A DNA stretch of 57,213 bases, filler included, from Bipalium vagum (Eukaryota), in the NCBI GenBank assembly GCA_037834085.1. It is 3 parts of 3 records of this genome, joined end to end, with 100 filler letters (N's around TTAATTAATTAA, not from the genome) between each part and the next. Parts side by side here need not be neighbours in the genome. Positions count along the whole stretch, not along the records: positions 1 to 20,174 come from JBBMKC010258858.1; 2 more parts are not named here. One strand, 5' to 3'. Each line of letters opens with the position of its first letter. Position 1 is the first letter of the stretch. Below the pieces are notes generated by a model that saw only the letters and a program-made list of their open reading frames with translations, ran no database searches and was not told the DNA's origin. This document shows positions 1 to 14,366 of this stretch, in pieces. Position numbers and translations under genes: made by a program.

Positions 1-169
1 ATTTATTGACATATCATAACACATTTTAAAAAATACACGGCTTTTTACTGCGACAATTTCATCGTGGACAAGCTTTAATTATCAATAGTGATAATTAAAA
101 TATTGATTTTTGTTATTAAAACTAAATAATCAGAAATTAAATGTCCTTAGTTTTTAAATACCTTGAATT

Positions 170-480
170 TTTGTTTTAATAATCCTTTTGCAGCAGAATA
201 AAATATTCAAGAAATTTCACTGTTTAAAGAAATCCTGGAATTAAACTTCTGTTCGGCGATCAAATAACTTCGTTTGAAAATGTGAACAGTGAACAATTAT
301 CAGTCCGCACAATTACTAATAGATGCAACAAATTGAGGGAGCAACATAAAGAGAAAATTTAAATCTTTTATTAAATTTTGTAATATTTTAAGAAAGACAA
401 AGAATTTCAACACGTAAAATGTTATTGGCACAATTCAGTGGTCATTAACTTATTTTAATATTCTGCGTGATATGAATAAT
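170..480 (+). mobile_element. Degraded hAT (Charlie/SPIN, GTF2IRD2-like) transposase fragment
   Basis: Reads SFENV..QLSVRTITNRCNKL.SNIKE, resembling the FE.I.LSRRTV.RRI segment of this group. Stops and frameshifts. Confidence 0.35.
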
Positions 481-1187
481 GAATTTTTTTATATTTTCGT
501 AGATTTAATAAAATATGTAAAATCTTTATATTAGATTTTACAATTCCGGTCATTCTTAATAAATTAAATTAACCATTCTACCAGATATAATTCAAGTGTC
601 CAGTCTGTATCAAGTGTAATTTTTCTCATTTTAAAAAAATTAATTTATTTTTAATATCAAAATTTTTAAAAGATAAATTTTAAAAAAGTTAAAAATGTAT
701 TTTATGATTCAACTTAATATTTTAAAAAGAATAGTCTTAAGTCTTTATTATTTTCCTAATTGCACCATTGTTTTAATTGAAAAACCTTAAACAGAAATTA
801 TTTTAAATTTTAGAGAAAAATATCTACAATGAAAATTTAAAATTAATTAAAAATATTTAATTAATTATTTTTTATTATTAAATATACAAAATCGATATTT
901 TTTGTAAAAAAATTTCTTACATCAGTTTAAAAATAGAAAGAAAATATTTTTAGGTTTAATTTTAACAAAAATATTAAAATATACGGTGGTTGATAGAAAA
1001 CCAGGAAATTTAAATCAATTAATTTCATTGTTTGATTGGAATGTTGATTTAATAAGTAATTAAATAAGTAATAAGTAATTACTTACCCAAAAGTACCACC
1101 ACAACTCTGCACTGAAACTCAGTGACAGAAGCTGTGTTCACTAAGCCTTTGATGAAAACCTTAACAAAGTCTTCCTCAAATCTTTTC

Positions 1188-1600
1188 TGAAATCCCTGAG
1201 TTTCGACAGGTAAAGGACGAAGAGAGCGGAAAACCGATCCCGAAAGAGTAGTTTTATTTCCAAAGACGCGATGAATGTATATATGTTCCGGAGTTGATCA
1301 ATTTTCATGATGGGCCCAATTGGTTCACTGTTGTTATGGAATTCTTGGACCGGGTCGATTTGAGCTGCTACAATACCATGAATAACAAAGAGGCATGTAA
1401 AAAAGCGATTTTGAGAGGAGTTCTCATCATAATGTACGACATGGCCAAGTATGGCTTTTATCATATGGACAAAAAGCCAGAAAACATCATGGTCAATAAA
1501 CTGACTCTGAATGTGAAGATTATTGACTTTGAAATTATGGTCTGAGAACCCTTCAAGAGAAACTCGTTTCCCGATGAAAGGAAAAGGAACAATCAATCAC
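1188..1600 (+). pseudogene. Intronless PIM/CAMK-like Ser/Thr kinase fragment (subdomains III-VIII), disrupted
   Basis: One frame gives GKPIPKE*FYFQRRDECIYVPELINFHDGPNWFTVVMEFLDRVDL...GFYHMDKKPENIMVNKLTLNVKIIDFEIMV*. HxDxKPEN loop and KIIDF present; GT..xSP follows after a frameshift. Two in-frame stops. Confidence 0.72.
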
Positions 1601-3428
1601 TAAAGCCCCAAATTATCAGTATTAAATTTTAAAATTGTGCATTCTTCTAATTTCAGCTGCTATTTTCAATTATTGGTAATGTTATGCTTTGAGGAAGACA
1701 TTTAAATGAATTTGAGAGGGAAGTTAAAATATTCTTTAAAAAGGCGAATAGTGCGTGGGGATTATTAAAGTATTCAAATACGTTACCAGAATTTCTTGGA
1801 AACATTACAATACATCAGTTTGACCATCTTTTTAAAAAAATATCCATTAACAAATAGCAGCAAAAAAGAACCAGACTCTCTAAACACATTTTTGATGAGA
1901 GATACAGCGTCCTGATATAAACGCAATGATGATCTGAAATGCATCTTGCTAGGTTCCTAGAATAACATTACACCAGTCAAACTTTGAAATGCAACAGAAT
2001 CTTGGATTCCAGGGTTATGAATGTGTGAAGCCATATTTAACGTAATACATGAATTTACTGATTATTTGTTGAAATTATTAAAAATAAAATATTTTGAACA
2101 TTTCCCGATTTTCTAATGACCACCCCACGAAAAATCTTAAATAACTTAAGAATATAATTTTCTTATTTCATTATTTAAAAGGTTAAAAAAATATTTTATA
2201 AATATATAATAAATTTTTTTGTTCATATTCATCTTGATAACCCTATTCATCTAGTGTTTCCAATCCACGGAAATAAATTTAATACTTGTTTGTTTAAATG
2301 AAATTCTCAAGTAGAAAATTATTAGAAATTGAAATTTATTCATTAAATATAAATTTACATTAATGCTTTAATGAGTTTTATTGAGAGTGGATCAAATTAT
2401 TTACTTTTATTATTGACGAAAAGTAATTATTTATTTTTTAATTCAATTCATCTTAATATTTTCGATATTCGATAATAATATCTCAGTAATCATCTTCTTG
2501 TGTGAACATAAAAAATAATGAAATCTGTGTATCAAGAATAATATATTAATATTAAAAATAAATAATAAAAATAATAAAAATAATAAAAATAATAAATAAT
2601 AAAAATAAATATTGATTTGAAAATGGTAAAAAAATTTTTTTTAATAGTGTCAAGTTTTTAGTGTGAAAAGTCATATATGCTTGAAAATATTTCTTTCATG
2701 TCGACTGTAGGATGATTTATTTATTCATTAAAGAAAATTAAGAACAATGGATCATAATAATCCCACAGAATTTATTAAGAATGAAAAAAATGGTATTCAA
2801 ATTCAAAAATTCACATTTTGATCTTTACTCGGGAAAAAGAATGAGACTGAAACCCGAAGAAGTCAACCATAAAACCCAATATAATATATAATATCTCAAC
2901 CGACTCTTGTATTGTGTATTTCTGTGGTTAACAATTTTTTGTAATAAAAAGTCAACAATTTCTTTAAAATTTAAAATTAATTATTTTGAAATACGATACT
3001 TTATGTTTTACAACTGATCTTCTTCCGATTTACTTTGATTGAGTTATTCTAGAAGCCTGAGAAACTGAACCATAATAATTATATGATTTTTAAAAAATAG
3101 TTTTACAATACCAATAGAGTTTAATGGAGACAAAGAATGTCATAGTCTGAGATTCCACGGTTGAAGTAATTTGAAATATTCCACAAAATACCCATAGCAG
3201 AAATCAAACTCTATGGAGGTTATAAAATAAAATTGTGACATGGTGTTTTTTCGATGGATCTCAACGTTTCAGTGTTGATCAATCATGATGTCTTTTGTCA
3301 AGTACCAGACTCCAGTACTCTTGACTGTTGATACCCTACCGATAGCACCAAAAAGGCATCATTATCCTTTTAGCGTTCGTTTTGAGAAAACTTCACGTAG
3401 AAATTCACTTCTTAAAAATTAAGATTAT

Positions 3429-4251
3429 TTAAAATATTTTTATGTTTTTTAGCAAATATGTTTTCATTAAATCGCGATATCGTTCAGCATTCCCATTAAC
3501 ATCCTCAAAGAAATATGGCCCTATGATATTTTCATATGAAACACCACACCAAACTGTGCATTTCATTGAATGCATTTCTCTCTGGTGAACAGCCCTTGGA
3601 TTTTCAGATCCCCATATTCTATAATTTTGCTTGTTGACGAACCCATTCAGATGAAAGTGGGATTCGTTACTCATTATCAAATTCTGCAGGACGTTTTCAT
3701 TTGCAAGTGCCATTTCTTGAAATTTCCGGACATATGTTAATCTTTGTTGTTGGTCTGCCTGCTTCAAATATTGCACCATTTGAATTTTGTATGGAAACAG
3801 TTTTAGTTCCCTTACCAGAATTCGTTGTAAGGATTTTCAAGAAATGCCTTTTCAAAGAACGTCTTCGAGTTGATGTTTCTGGGTCCTCCACAATAATCTT
3901 TCGTACTCGTTCAATAACATCTTTATTTCTGGTTTGACACGGTCTTCCCAATCTTTGCGAATCGTTTACGGAGCCCTGGCTTCGGAATCGTTTAATTAAT
4001 TGAATAATCATAAAGACTGTTGGTGGCTTCTTAACATTGAAATGTTTGCAATATTTACGTTGAATTCGGATTATTGAATTATTGTTTTGAAAATAAAATT
4101 CCACGATTTTCGTTCGTTCAGATATTGTATATCTTTGTGACATTAATTTCTTGGAATGCATTTTTATATCTACAATTATTTCAAAATAAATAAATATTAT
4201 TTTATTTTTTATGAATTTTTAAATTTATTAATTAACTTTTGCACCACCCTG
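3429..4251 (-). mobile_element. Tc1/mariner superfamily, rosa/DD41D-like element, 5' part
   Basis: TA+CAGGGTGGTGCAAAAGT terminus at 4251. N-terminal HTH YTISERTKIVEFYF, then frameshifted SNESHFHLNGFVNKQNYRIWGSENP...IIGPYFFED. Confidence 0.85.
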
Positions 4252-5149
4252 TATTTCCAGAACTTAATCAACTTAATCGTTCTTTGGCTCTGTTTCTAAA
4301 TAGGAACCCATTATTAATTTTAGAGCTTTTCCGATCAGGTATAATATTTTTTCTTTACAGAAATAAAATCACAACATAAAACTAAATTATTCAGAACTTT
4401 TTTTATGCAAAAGAACCATATATTTGTAGTCAGGTAAAGTTAAAAATAAATACGTCGTATATTAGATTTTTAATTTTAAAGACCCTGTACCTTTTCTTGA
4501 TTTAATATATAAAATAATCTTGATAAATTTTTTTCTAATAAAAAATTACAATTATTTATTGACAAACTTCGGTTTATACGCGTTTTGTTTAAATATGTCA
4601 ATATAATCATAGTGATAATTGTTATTATAAAATCCTAAGAAATTTTATTACAAAAGCGTTATATAAGGCAATCACGGTGTAAATCACTTTTTACTATTTT
4701 TATCAATTTAAGGTTGTGGATACTTAAAAATATACATCTCAAAATAGCAGTAAAGTTTTTCATTTTATTTTTTAGCGAAATGAATTTATGAATTCTAAAA
4801 ATTTTTAAATCTTTTGAGTTTATTTTCCGGTGGAAAACCTGCTATTAAGTATATAATTGAAAAAAATTACATCCAGACCCGTTGTGATTTTCGAAGAATT
4901 TTACCCATCAGTTTAAAAAGAAAATCAAATAGAAGTTTTAATAATATGTAACAAAAATAAATTCATTTTTTCCGAAACATTTGTTTGAATAATAGAAATT
5001 TAGAAGCACAAAAAGTTGATTTTTTTAGCTTATCTTTGGATTTGCGAAACCCAGCTCAGAGTAATAATAAAAATGAACCAACATTCATCAAAAATTATGA
5101 TAAAATTTTTCCTCTTCTGCTCTCCCTCCTTGATCATAATTGATTCCCT

Positions 5150-5580
5150 ATCATAAGAAGAATCATAAATGGGTGGGTCAAAATTTTGAAAAAGAAATTA
5201 TTTAGGAGTTTGGATTACTGCAGGTATTGATAGGACACAAGGAAGAAAGGTATTTCTCAAATTAATAGAAAAAAGAAATGTAGAAACACTGCTCAATGTT
5301 ATTATTAATCCAATAAATGTTAATTTAGGATCCATCATCCTCACAAATGGCTCGCGAGGTTACACAATGATTGACTTTGAGTTAAAATGAAACAGTGTGG
5401 TGAGCTACTCCTTACATTTCGTTAACCCCCAATAATGGTCACCATACTAATATAGTAGAGTACCTGGTCTAACGTGAAAATAAAAATATTTGTGCTAAAT
5501 AGAACCATAAAATAGCATCTCATTTATTGGAAATCACATGAAGCGAAGAAATACCAATAATTTATGGAATAATTTTAAAT
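5150..5580 (+). mobile_element. Merlin (IS1016/ISXO2-like) transposase remnant
   Basis: GVWITAGIDRTQGRKVFLKLIEKRNVETLLNVII...GSIILTNGSRGY...HFVNP...HTNIVE, broken by indels. Confidence 0.75.
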
Positions 5581-6619
5581 AATTGGTATTAATAATATGT
5601 TAATAATTAGTTACAATCGGGAATTATAAATAGAAAGGTATACATAAACAATAAGGAATCTTAGCCATAAAGAGGACCATTAACTTTCTCAAATCTAAAC
5701 ATAAATCAAACATTATGTTACCTTGGAGTAATCTGTTTAAACAAAATGAGTATAAACTGACGTTCAACCATTTTTTATTATATACACAGGGTTGAAAAGG
5801 ATAAAATAAATATAATATAAATATTTTATATTTTCTTCATGAAATTTTTATTTCGTTATGATAATAAATAACACAAAAAGTTTAATAATTAATTTTGGTG
5901 AAACGTACATCACAATATTCTTTAATTTCCATCCTTATTTTCTATTGATCGATTAGAAAAAGTAGAGAGCTCTGATTTTTAAATGTTTTAATAAAAAATA
6001 TCGAAATTTAATTTTGTTTTTGTTTATTTTACCTGTCAAACTGTTTGAGACGGTTGGAAGAAAGTAAACGAGCTTCTTCCAAGTTGTAGACATATAATCT
6101 CATACAAATTTCTACAATAATTACTTTCCTTGAGAATGTCAATATTTTATCTTTCTCTGGTTCTGTTGAAAAATTGGTTTTGTTTATTAAGATAATTTTG
6201 TTTGAAACGCTTTCTATTTTAAAACCACTCAGAAATGGAATTATATTTAAATTATAAAATATTTTTTAATCATTTCCCAATATTAAATAATTTGGCAACA
6301 TCTGTCACATTCAATCATGATTTCAGAGTTTCATAGTTTTAATTAAAATATAATTAAAATAATTAAAAATATTATTTCAACGTGACTTAATTATTTATTG
6401 TTAAATTTTATATTTATGAAAATCTCTCACTCATTAAATATTGGTTAACCTGGGAAATATAATATTTTATTTTTGTAATACTGATTTAGGAAATATATCT
6501 TTTAACAATTTAAGATTAACTAGTTTTTTTTAGAACCGATCTAACAAATCAAGACAGTAAACACAAAAATGTCATGAGATCTTCATATACAATCACAATC
6601 CCTATTAATAATCTTTTGC

Positions 6620-7252
6620 AAATTATAATCTGTCAAACCGTTGTAATTTCACTTTATTCGGACAGGCCACTTGGTGGTCCAAAATTCGGAAGGCCTGCAA
6701 AGCATTGAAGTTGCAAGGCATTAAATGTACCTTTATGATGACTGACCAATCTGTGGCCCTTACCGTATTTGTCTGCACTCTTAATGAGACTCTACAGTAT
6801 GATTTTGAAGGTGACAACATCCATAAAGCCACAGCTACCCTACACGAATCCATGGCGCTTCACCATGTGACTAATGGCTATCCCATAAGTCACATGGTCT
6901 CCTGGTCCCTTGTTTCAGCCTGAGCCCTCTTTCCAATTTCATACTTCACAAGTTTCATCTTCCGCTGACCATCTGGCGTTTCCTTCTTAAAACCCGTAGC
7001 AATAATTTAAGCCTTAACTACAGCCCCTTTAACCTTGTTAAAGGTCGGTCCATTCTTGGTCGGTTCAATCGTATATGTTTATGTGTTCTCTGTATATATT
7101 ATATCCTTTTATTGTGGTTTGAGTTTGATGTTTTTTCTGTCCTCCGGCAGAGATAAATTTACTCTCGATGGTTCACAGAGTGATTTGTCCCGACCCATAA
7201 CGTGCATTAAATTTTATATTTAGTGTCGTCTGGGACGCCAAGATCCGTCACA
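6620..7252 (-). mobile_element. Possible LTR retrotransposon remnant (short LTR about 7036-7252 plus decayed internal sequence)
   Basis: Locally GC-richer. Minus strand starts TGTGACGG, contains AATAAA and ends ...TTTAACA. No clean protein motif. Confidence 0.35.
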
Positions 7253-7459
7253 CTGCCATCATCTGGAGACTATGTGAATATGACGTTTACTCATTGTAAA
7301 TAATTGTCTCTACCGCTGTACTTGATACAGATGTATGTGATATGATAAATAAAAATTTATTTAAGTACATGTTACAATTATGTCAGACGACCATCAGGCC
7401 AGCGGTTCAACCACAAATTTACTATGATAACTGTTAGGTATCTTCCTTATTTTAAGTTA

Positions 7460-7661
7460 TTGTAAAAACTTGGTTGAAAGTATGCCTAGGCGTATACAAA
7501 AAGTACTTGACAATAAGGGTACTGACATTTATCAAAAATAACATTACGTAAAAATTTAGTTATAAATAAATCCCCTTCTATTACTTGCTCTGAATTTTAT
7601 ATATATCTTTATACTTTATTTCTATTTTTTAATAGTGGCCTTAATTTAATTGCCACTACTG
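7460..7661 (+). mobile_element. Tc1 3' end
   Basis: CKNLVESMPRRIQKVLDNKG C-terminal motif, then terminus ...GCCACTACTG+TA. Confidence 0.75.
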
Positions 7662-9370
7662 TATCCTATTAATTAATAATATTACTAAACAAAATTTGTT
7701 TAATCTGATTGTTGTTTTAATTGACATATTTTGTTTATATTAAAAAAAAAGAGATATAACTTAAATTATATTAAGGAATTTAATTTGAGAACAAAATTAA
7801 TGTTAATATTTTTAATTATAGTAAAAGTAATTTAATTAAGTAACAAAAATAATTAAAATAAATAATTAAAAATAAATAAGCATCAAATGTTAGAAATATT
7901 AAAAAATAAAAAGAATACTTAAAAGTATTTTTCAATAGTTTCAGAAATTGAGAAGACAATTTTCGAAGGAAAAATCTGAACCATTTTATTTGTGATATGT
8001 CAATTTTATAATGATTTCAGTTTTGCTGTATAAATGAAAATGAATTTTCTTAATTTCGTCGAAATAACTGAACAAATATTTATCTTGTAAGAATGTTTTA
8101 TGCTCAATTTCACTGTAAGGAATATTCAAGGCTTAATTAAAAATTCTTTTAAAATCAAATTCTTCATTTAATTATATTGGTTATTATATTCTTTCAAGTC
8201 ATCATTATATGTTTTTACAAATTATGCATAAAATTGAAAATTATTTATTATTTTTTAATGATTATTTTTCTGAGCACTTTGAAATACTTATATAAATATT
8301 GATTTTTATTGATTTTTTAAATAAAATAAAATGACTATTATTTATGTAATAAAAATATAAGAATTAAATAATAAAATAAAATTGATATAATTAGCACAGC
8401 ATAAAATTAATTATTATTGATGAATAAATTCAAATATTTTTATCAAATTTTTAAAGACCAAAAATATTTCTGATAAAAGATCATGAAAGCATTAAAAAAA
8501 TCAATTGGAAAGGAAGTCAAAGAATAAATTATTCAATACTTTCAGAATTATCGATTTTCTTTAAGCTTCTTCTGTACTGTAATTTAAGTTATAAAAAATT
8601 TTAAAATTTTAAACATAAGATCAATTAAAATAAAGGACTAAAGAAACTCTATAATTACAAATATTATATCCGACAAATTTGAATGAACAATATGAGTAAT
8701 GAGAATAATTTTATAAAATAATGACTATTTTCACCTTGTTTTAATTATCCACATATTTATTCAATTAATTTTCATTAATAAGTCTAAATCTAATGAAAGA
8801 CAAAAACAGCTGCAGAGCTTTGGTGGATTGTGATGCTCAACGTGAGTATATTTTAAACATTTTTCATAATTATTTTGTTTTATTAAACAGAAACAAAATA
8901 ATCCCGAGTCGAGCAGATAATTGGGGTTATAATTACATTAGAAGTATTTTAAAATTCCTCAATTATGCATTGAACAAAGACTAATTTCCATAAAAATAAT
9001 CTTATTCCTATGATTATAGTATAAATGATAAAAGACATTTAATTGCAACAGTGAGGTACCAAATTTAAAAGCATTGTATAAATTTTCTGATATGACTTTC
9101 ATAATAATTTTAGAAATAGTTCAATAAGGAATTGTTTTTATTTCTTTTTAATATCAACCATCGCAAGAAACAATTTTCATAATGATATGGTTTTATGGTT
9201 ACTTTTCATAAAAATGTTACTTGTACTAGAACATTAAAAAAGTATTTTATTTAGAATATTAATTGCAATGGATCTCATTCGGAATAGCTTTAGCATGATG
9301 TTTTTCTTTTAAATGACTAATTTAATCTCAAAGTAATAGTAATTTTTAGCTTTACTTTTGTAAATATATA

Positions 9371-9710
9371 CGTGGGAGAATCAAAAAGTAAAGATACAAG
9401 CTTTATATTATTTTATTTTCAAAGATAACATATGCAGACAATTATGTTTCAACATAATCACCACTTTTTTCGATGCACTTCGTCTATCTGTCAACTAACT
9501 TATGCATTCCTTTAGCAAAGAAGTTTTTGTCTTTTGCTTTCAAGAAATCTTACACCGCTTTTTTCATACCACTATCATTGTGGAATTGTGAATCATTGAA
9601 TAAGTTGATCCATAACTGACATCAAGTTCAGAAAAAATTTCAACAACTGTAAGTCGCCTGTTTTTTCTGATCATTTCTTCAACTCTTTCAATGTTATCAA
9701 CTGTTCTCTA
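9371..9710 (-). mobile_element. Internally deleted mariner
   Basis: C-terminus KDKNFFAKGMHKLVDR*TKCIEKSGDYVET* joined to HTH segment NIERVEEMIRKNRRLTVVEI. TIR TA+CGTGGGAGAATCAAAAAGT. Confidence 0.8.
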
Positions 9711-11040
9711 GCATCTAATTTTTGTTTCAATATCTAAATTTACCTTGTTAGACATATAATTTTAAAAATTAAAATTCTCATGGTATAATAATTTTCTGAA
9801 CTTTTCAGGAAGTAATATTGTTAATGTAATCCTTCTTTTCTTTCAAAACATAATTCAGAATGTCGAGTAAAAGGATAACATTCAATTAAGTTAATATCTT
9901 ACCGTCTCCGACGTTGATTTTTCGTGTTCGCTTTCCTATTCATTAAAAAACCCATTCTTATTCAGTTATAATTCTTTTAATGAATAAGAAAATCAAATGT
10001 TCTTAATAAATCTGAAATTTTTGGAAAAAATTTTGTTGAGATTCATCTGCAGGTGTAAAAATTCAATACAATTTTCGAAAGGACTTGTAAGATACGAACA
10101 AATTTAGACAAAATAACCTTCACACTCAGCGTAAAATTTATCGCACTGTCTACAAAAATTAAAAATTTTTGGATGCCCTGGATAGAATTAAAAACAGTAA
10201 TTTAAAATAATATCAGCTAGGGATAAGAGTAACCTTATCAGTGGAAAAAGATACGTGCTTCGAACAGATAAAGTTAAGAAATAAAATAAAAACCAAAACA
10301 ACAAGAATTTGTTAGGTTTACGAAAAAGAAACCTTTCTTTGACACATAAAATTTTGATTTTTCACTAATTCTACAATTGTAATTGTGATTGCATTTTTAA
10401 TTTTCTACAAGTATTTTATCTGAATCCTTGATATTTAAATCTTGACATATAGAGAGATCAAAAGGGTATTCTGAAGGTAGTGCGTAATGTAAATATCTTA
10501 ATGAAGTCCTGACAAAATACTTTTTGACATTAGAAAAGATTAAAATGATCTTCTCTGTTTTGGCGCCACCTGACCCCACCATTTAACTTTCATTTCTCTT
10601 TTTTTTGCAAATTCTATTTCAAATGACCTTCGATTGTCATGTGCAACAATTTCAACGTGTCGATTCCATTGTTAATTCGGAATAATTAATATTATTATAA
10701 AAGATTAATTAATGTTTCGTTAAATGCCTTGATTTAAATAAAAGTTTAAATTGGCAAATAAACATCTTTTTATAAAAAATATTAAATTTGTTTTTATTAT
10801 TATATTTTATGGTTATCACTGGATACACGTGAAACATTTGAAATTGTTTTAATTAATTAAGAAAATCATGCTACCTTAAAAGATATTATTTATCAATGTC
10901 TCTAAGTAAATTTGACAAACAAGTCAACAAATTCAATTTACTTAATCTATTTTATATTGGCTATATCAAATATATTTATCGAAATCCTATTAAAATTAAT
11001 ATTGAGATCAATAGTAATATAATGATTTTAAGATGATCTA

Positions 11041-11263
11041 ATCTATCGTTCAGAAAGTCACTTCGTATTTTTTAGTCAAAAGTAAGACCAAATGTTTTAT
11101 TATTAATAAATATTTTAATCAATAATGTATTGTCCTTTTTGTTCCAAGACCTTCTGCCATTTACCAGGCAATTTGAATATCCTAACCTTCAAAATGACTT
11201 GATTTCTTTAAATTATGATTTAAAGATGTATAAAAAGGCTAAGTGACTTTCCAAACAACCCAA
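11041..11263 (-). mobile_element. Mariner-derived miniature element
   Basis: Inverted ends GAAAGTCACTT / AAGTGACTTTCCAAACAACCCAA+TA enclosing IFKLPGKWQKVLEQKGQYIID*. Confidence 0.65.
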
Positions 11264-11399
11264 TATATTTCAATTTAAAAAATCTTTTTAATAAATAAAT
11301 GTAAATATACAATTTTTGATTAATAATAATATATTCTATTATTTAATTAATTAATATATAAAAGAAAATTGTTACTTATATTGTAAACTACTACAGCTA

Positions 11400-12030
11400 C
11401 AAAATATCAAAATCGATGAAGATGCAATAACCCAAAATGCCGAAGACCACAAAATGATACATTGAATATTTATTGTTAATGGAAGACTTTTTAACATCAA
11501 TATTAAGAAATTCTGAAATGTCGTTGGATATATTTGCAAAATTTTAATAAAAGCTTTCTTAAAATAGTCGTAGACATCTCGAAGCAACTAAATGATATAA
11601 TTATGGAAATAGATGATTGGAAATTGGCAAAAAACAATTACAATAGAATTAATAGTACGGGATAGTTGATGTGGTAGTGATTACTATTGAGAAAAAGATT
11701 TTCTTTGTGAACACAAAGGTACGCAGTTAGATTAATAAACGATGTGCACAAATATGTCAAACCAGGTTTCATCATTTACACGCGTAGGTAGAGAGGTTAT
11801 TCCAAACTTGGCGAACATATATAAATACCTAATTGGAAACCATTCCAAAACCTTCACAGATTGTCTAACAAGTGTGCATACAAATCAAAGAAAGGCACAT
11901 GGAATGTGCTCAAAGTAAAAATATGCCAATGGAACAAGAACAATGAATATAAAACAGTGCTTATGTGAAATAATCTGCAGAAGATTGCACATAAATGAAT
12001 TTTAGGAAGCATTCCTAACAGCTTTAAGGT
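11400..12030 (+). mobile_element. Merlin transposase remnant
   Basis: EIDD...NYNR, KYVKPGFIIYT..RGYSKLG, NHSKTFTD.LTSVHTNQ..GTWNVLK. Confidence 0.6.
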
Positions 12031-14228
12031 TAAATAAACATTTTGTGAATCATATTCTTCATGATCAAACTTAGACAAATTATTGTAAATATTTTACGAT
12101 TTATTTGATAAAAAATTATTTGATAATCTTATTATGAAGCACAAATCAAAAACCATTTTCAATGTAATTAGAAAAGTTGTTGGTTGGATCATTAATAGGT
12201 TTTCTCTAATCTATGATTATAAGTAAGGACAATAAACTAATCTAAAATTGTAGGAATCCTAAATTGTAATTATATAATTTAAAAATATGACATTATTAAA
12301 ACAGACCTTCAAAAATTGCGAGAAATGTATCCAATTCTAACCCATTTTTAAAAATATAAAAAGTTAAAAATGCATATATTTGCTTATAGTTACATTACCA
12401 AAAAAATAAAATAATGTAATATATAATAATATAATATATGAGAATATAATAATATTATAATAATAATATAATATAATAATAAAATAATATAATATATAAT
12501 AATAATATTATTATAATAATAATATAATAATAAAAACAAAAACCTTGAAAAAGTTTCATTTCAGTTAACAAGTCCAATGCTTTACAATTATTAAACTAAT
12601 ATTGCGTTATATTTTCTGATATTTATATTTTAATATTAACAAAATCTTTTTTCATAGTCAAAGAAAATGATATAATTTCTTGCGACATTTATTTAAAAAA
12701 CCAATGGTTTACTGAATTTAAATTAAAAATAAAAATAAATATTAATAAATATAATTAAATATAATTTACAGTAATATAATATAAGTTTCAAAGAGTAGTT
12801 TTTAATTGTTTCAATCAATAACATTTTTTCCTTTAATAATATTTTCTTTTCTAACATTTCGATTAATTAGGCAAATGTTCCGGTCTTCTTATAATTCAGG
12901 AAATTGCAAATGTTACAGATTTCAAAGAACACAAGCTCAAAGACATTGGAAACTTTGCAAATGAATATGAAATAAATTAATATTTCTTCAACTTTTAAAT
13001 GGTGGACATTATATTTTTGTTAATGTTCTAAATAAAAAATATTCATACATTATTTCATTTTTCCCCTTCCCTTTTAAATTTATTGACTTTATAAGCATTA
13101 AATTTCGAAGATTTAATCAGAAAACTAAGGTAATATATTTTCAGTTTTTTCTATTTCATTTCGTATTATTTCATTTTCATTAATATTTTTTTTTATAAAA
13201 CAGTATTAAAATTGTTTCTTATTTTTATGAAATAGTTGCTAAATTTACATTTTATATAACGGGACTGAAAATATACACTCGTTTAAATGGACGCCCGGAA
13301 ATACAAATACAATATATTAATATATTAATATTAATACAGATAATGTTTATTAATATTTATATGAAATTAAAAAACATTCACTCATAATCATCTCTATTGC
13401 CTAATATTTATCATATGTTACCTTTTAAATGATCTAACTCCTGTATACATTTTCACATAAGATTTGGAAACCAAGGTCTTTTAGCCATTATTTCTGACTG
13501 TTTTCTAACATGAATTTCATTATAAATTTTGAATTACTTCAACAAGCTCCTTTGCTCCTTTTCGAAGGGTTTTTGAAGGAAGTATCTTTATTTTCTTAAA
13601 ACCTCATAACGATCATCTATGTTGTATTCATTGGACAGTGATCTCACTTCATAACACGTATCTGTTAATTAATGATGAATGTACTTTGGTGTAAAATCAT
13701 CTTTAATTGACAAAGATCAACAAATAAATTTATATTGTCTGTAGTTGAGTACACTTTCATTAATAAATATATTATTGATTTATAAAGATTAAATTTACTT
13801 TAGGTTTAAATTGATAAAATAACTTTCGAAATAAGCGAAAGTTAGTTTGGGACACCCTAAATTTATTTAGAAAATAATAATGATAAGAAAATAATATTCT
13901 GCTTCAAAATAAAATTATGTATTATTTAATATTATTTTTTCAAGTTAATTAATTATTTTAACTATAACAAATTATTCATTTTTTTCAGATTCACACATTC
14001 TCTACCTTAATTTCAGATTTCATTATTGACTTCTATTATTTTCTTAATTATTGAAAAAACTCATTAATACAGAAAATTCAATTTCATATATATCTATATT
14101 TCATTTCTTTATGTTTTTAATAACAGCGTGACACAGTACTTTATATTAACCGACTAGATAAAATAATTTAATATTTAAATATTTTAAATAATAATATTAA
14201 ATAATTTTAAATAATTTCAAATAATTAG

Positions 14229-14366
14229 ATTACTCCTCAAATACAACTTCAATAAATGGTAAATGTCCTGTTTCATGGGATGGAATTAAATGTTGGCCAG
14301 AAACAGATGCTGGAAAATTGGTTGAAGTACCATGTCCAAACTATGTTGACAGCTTTCAAATCAATG
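14229..14366 (+). CDS. Class B (secretin-family) GPCR, hormone-receptor ectodomain exon
   Basis: AG/GTAAG-bounded 138-nt phase1-phase1 exon: YSSNTTSINGKCPVSWDGIKCWPETDAGKLVEVPCPNYVDSFQIN. Matches the C..WD...CWP....G..V..PCP signature. Confidence 0.92.

Noticed and set aside
1141-1596. 151-aa minus-strand ORF
   Set aside because: Antisense shadow of the kinase fragment; no motif of its own.
1690-2040. Weak RTE-type LINE similarity (KKANSAWGLL, RLSKHIF)
   Set aside because: Too short and degraded to support a call.
7224-7240. TGGCGTCCC on -, resembling a tRNA-Asn primer-binding site
   Set aside because: It lies just inside a TGTGACG LTR-like start rather than after an LTR end, and the match is short.
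9800-10640. Possible MULE remnant on -
   Set aside because: Only vague motif echoes; no catalytic residues or TIRs identified.
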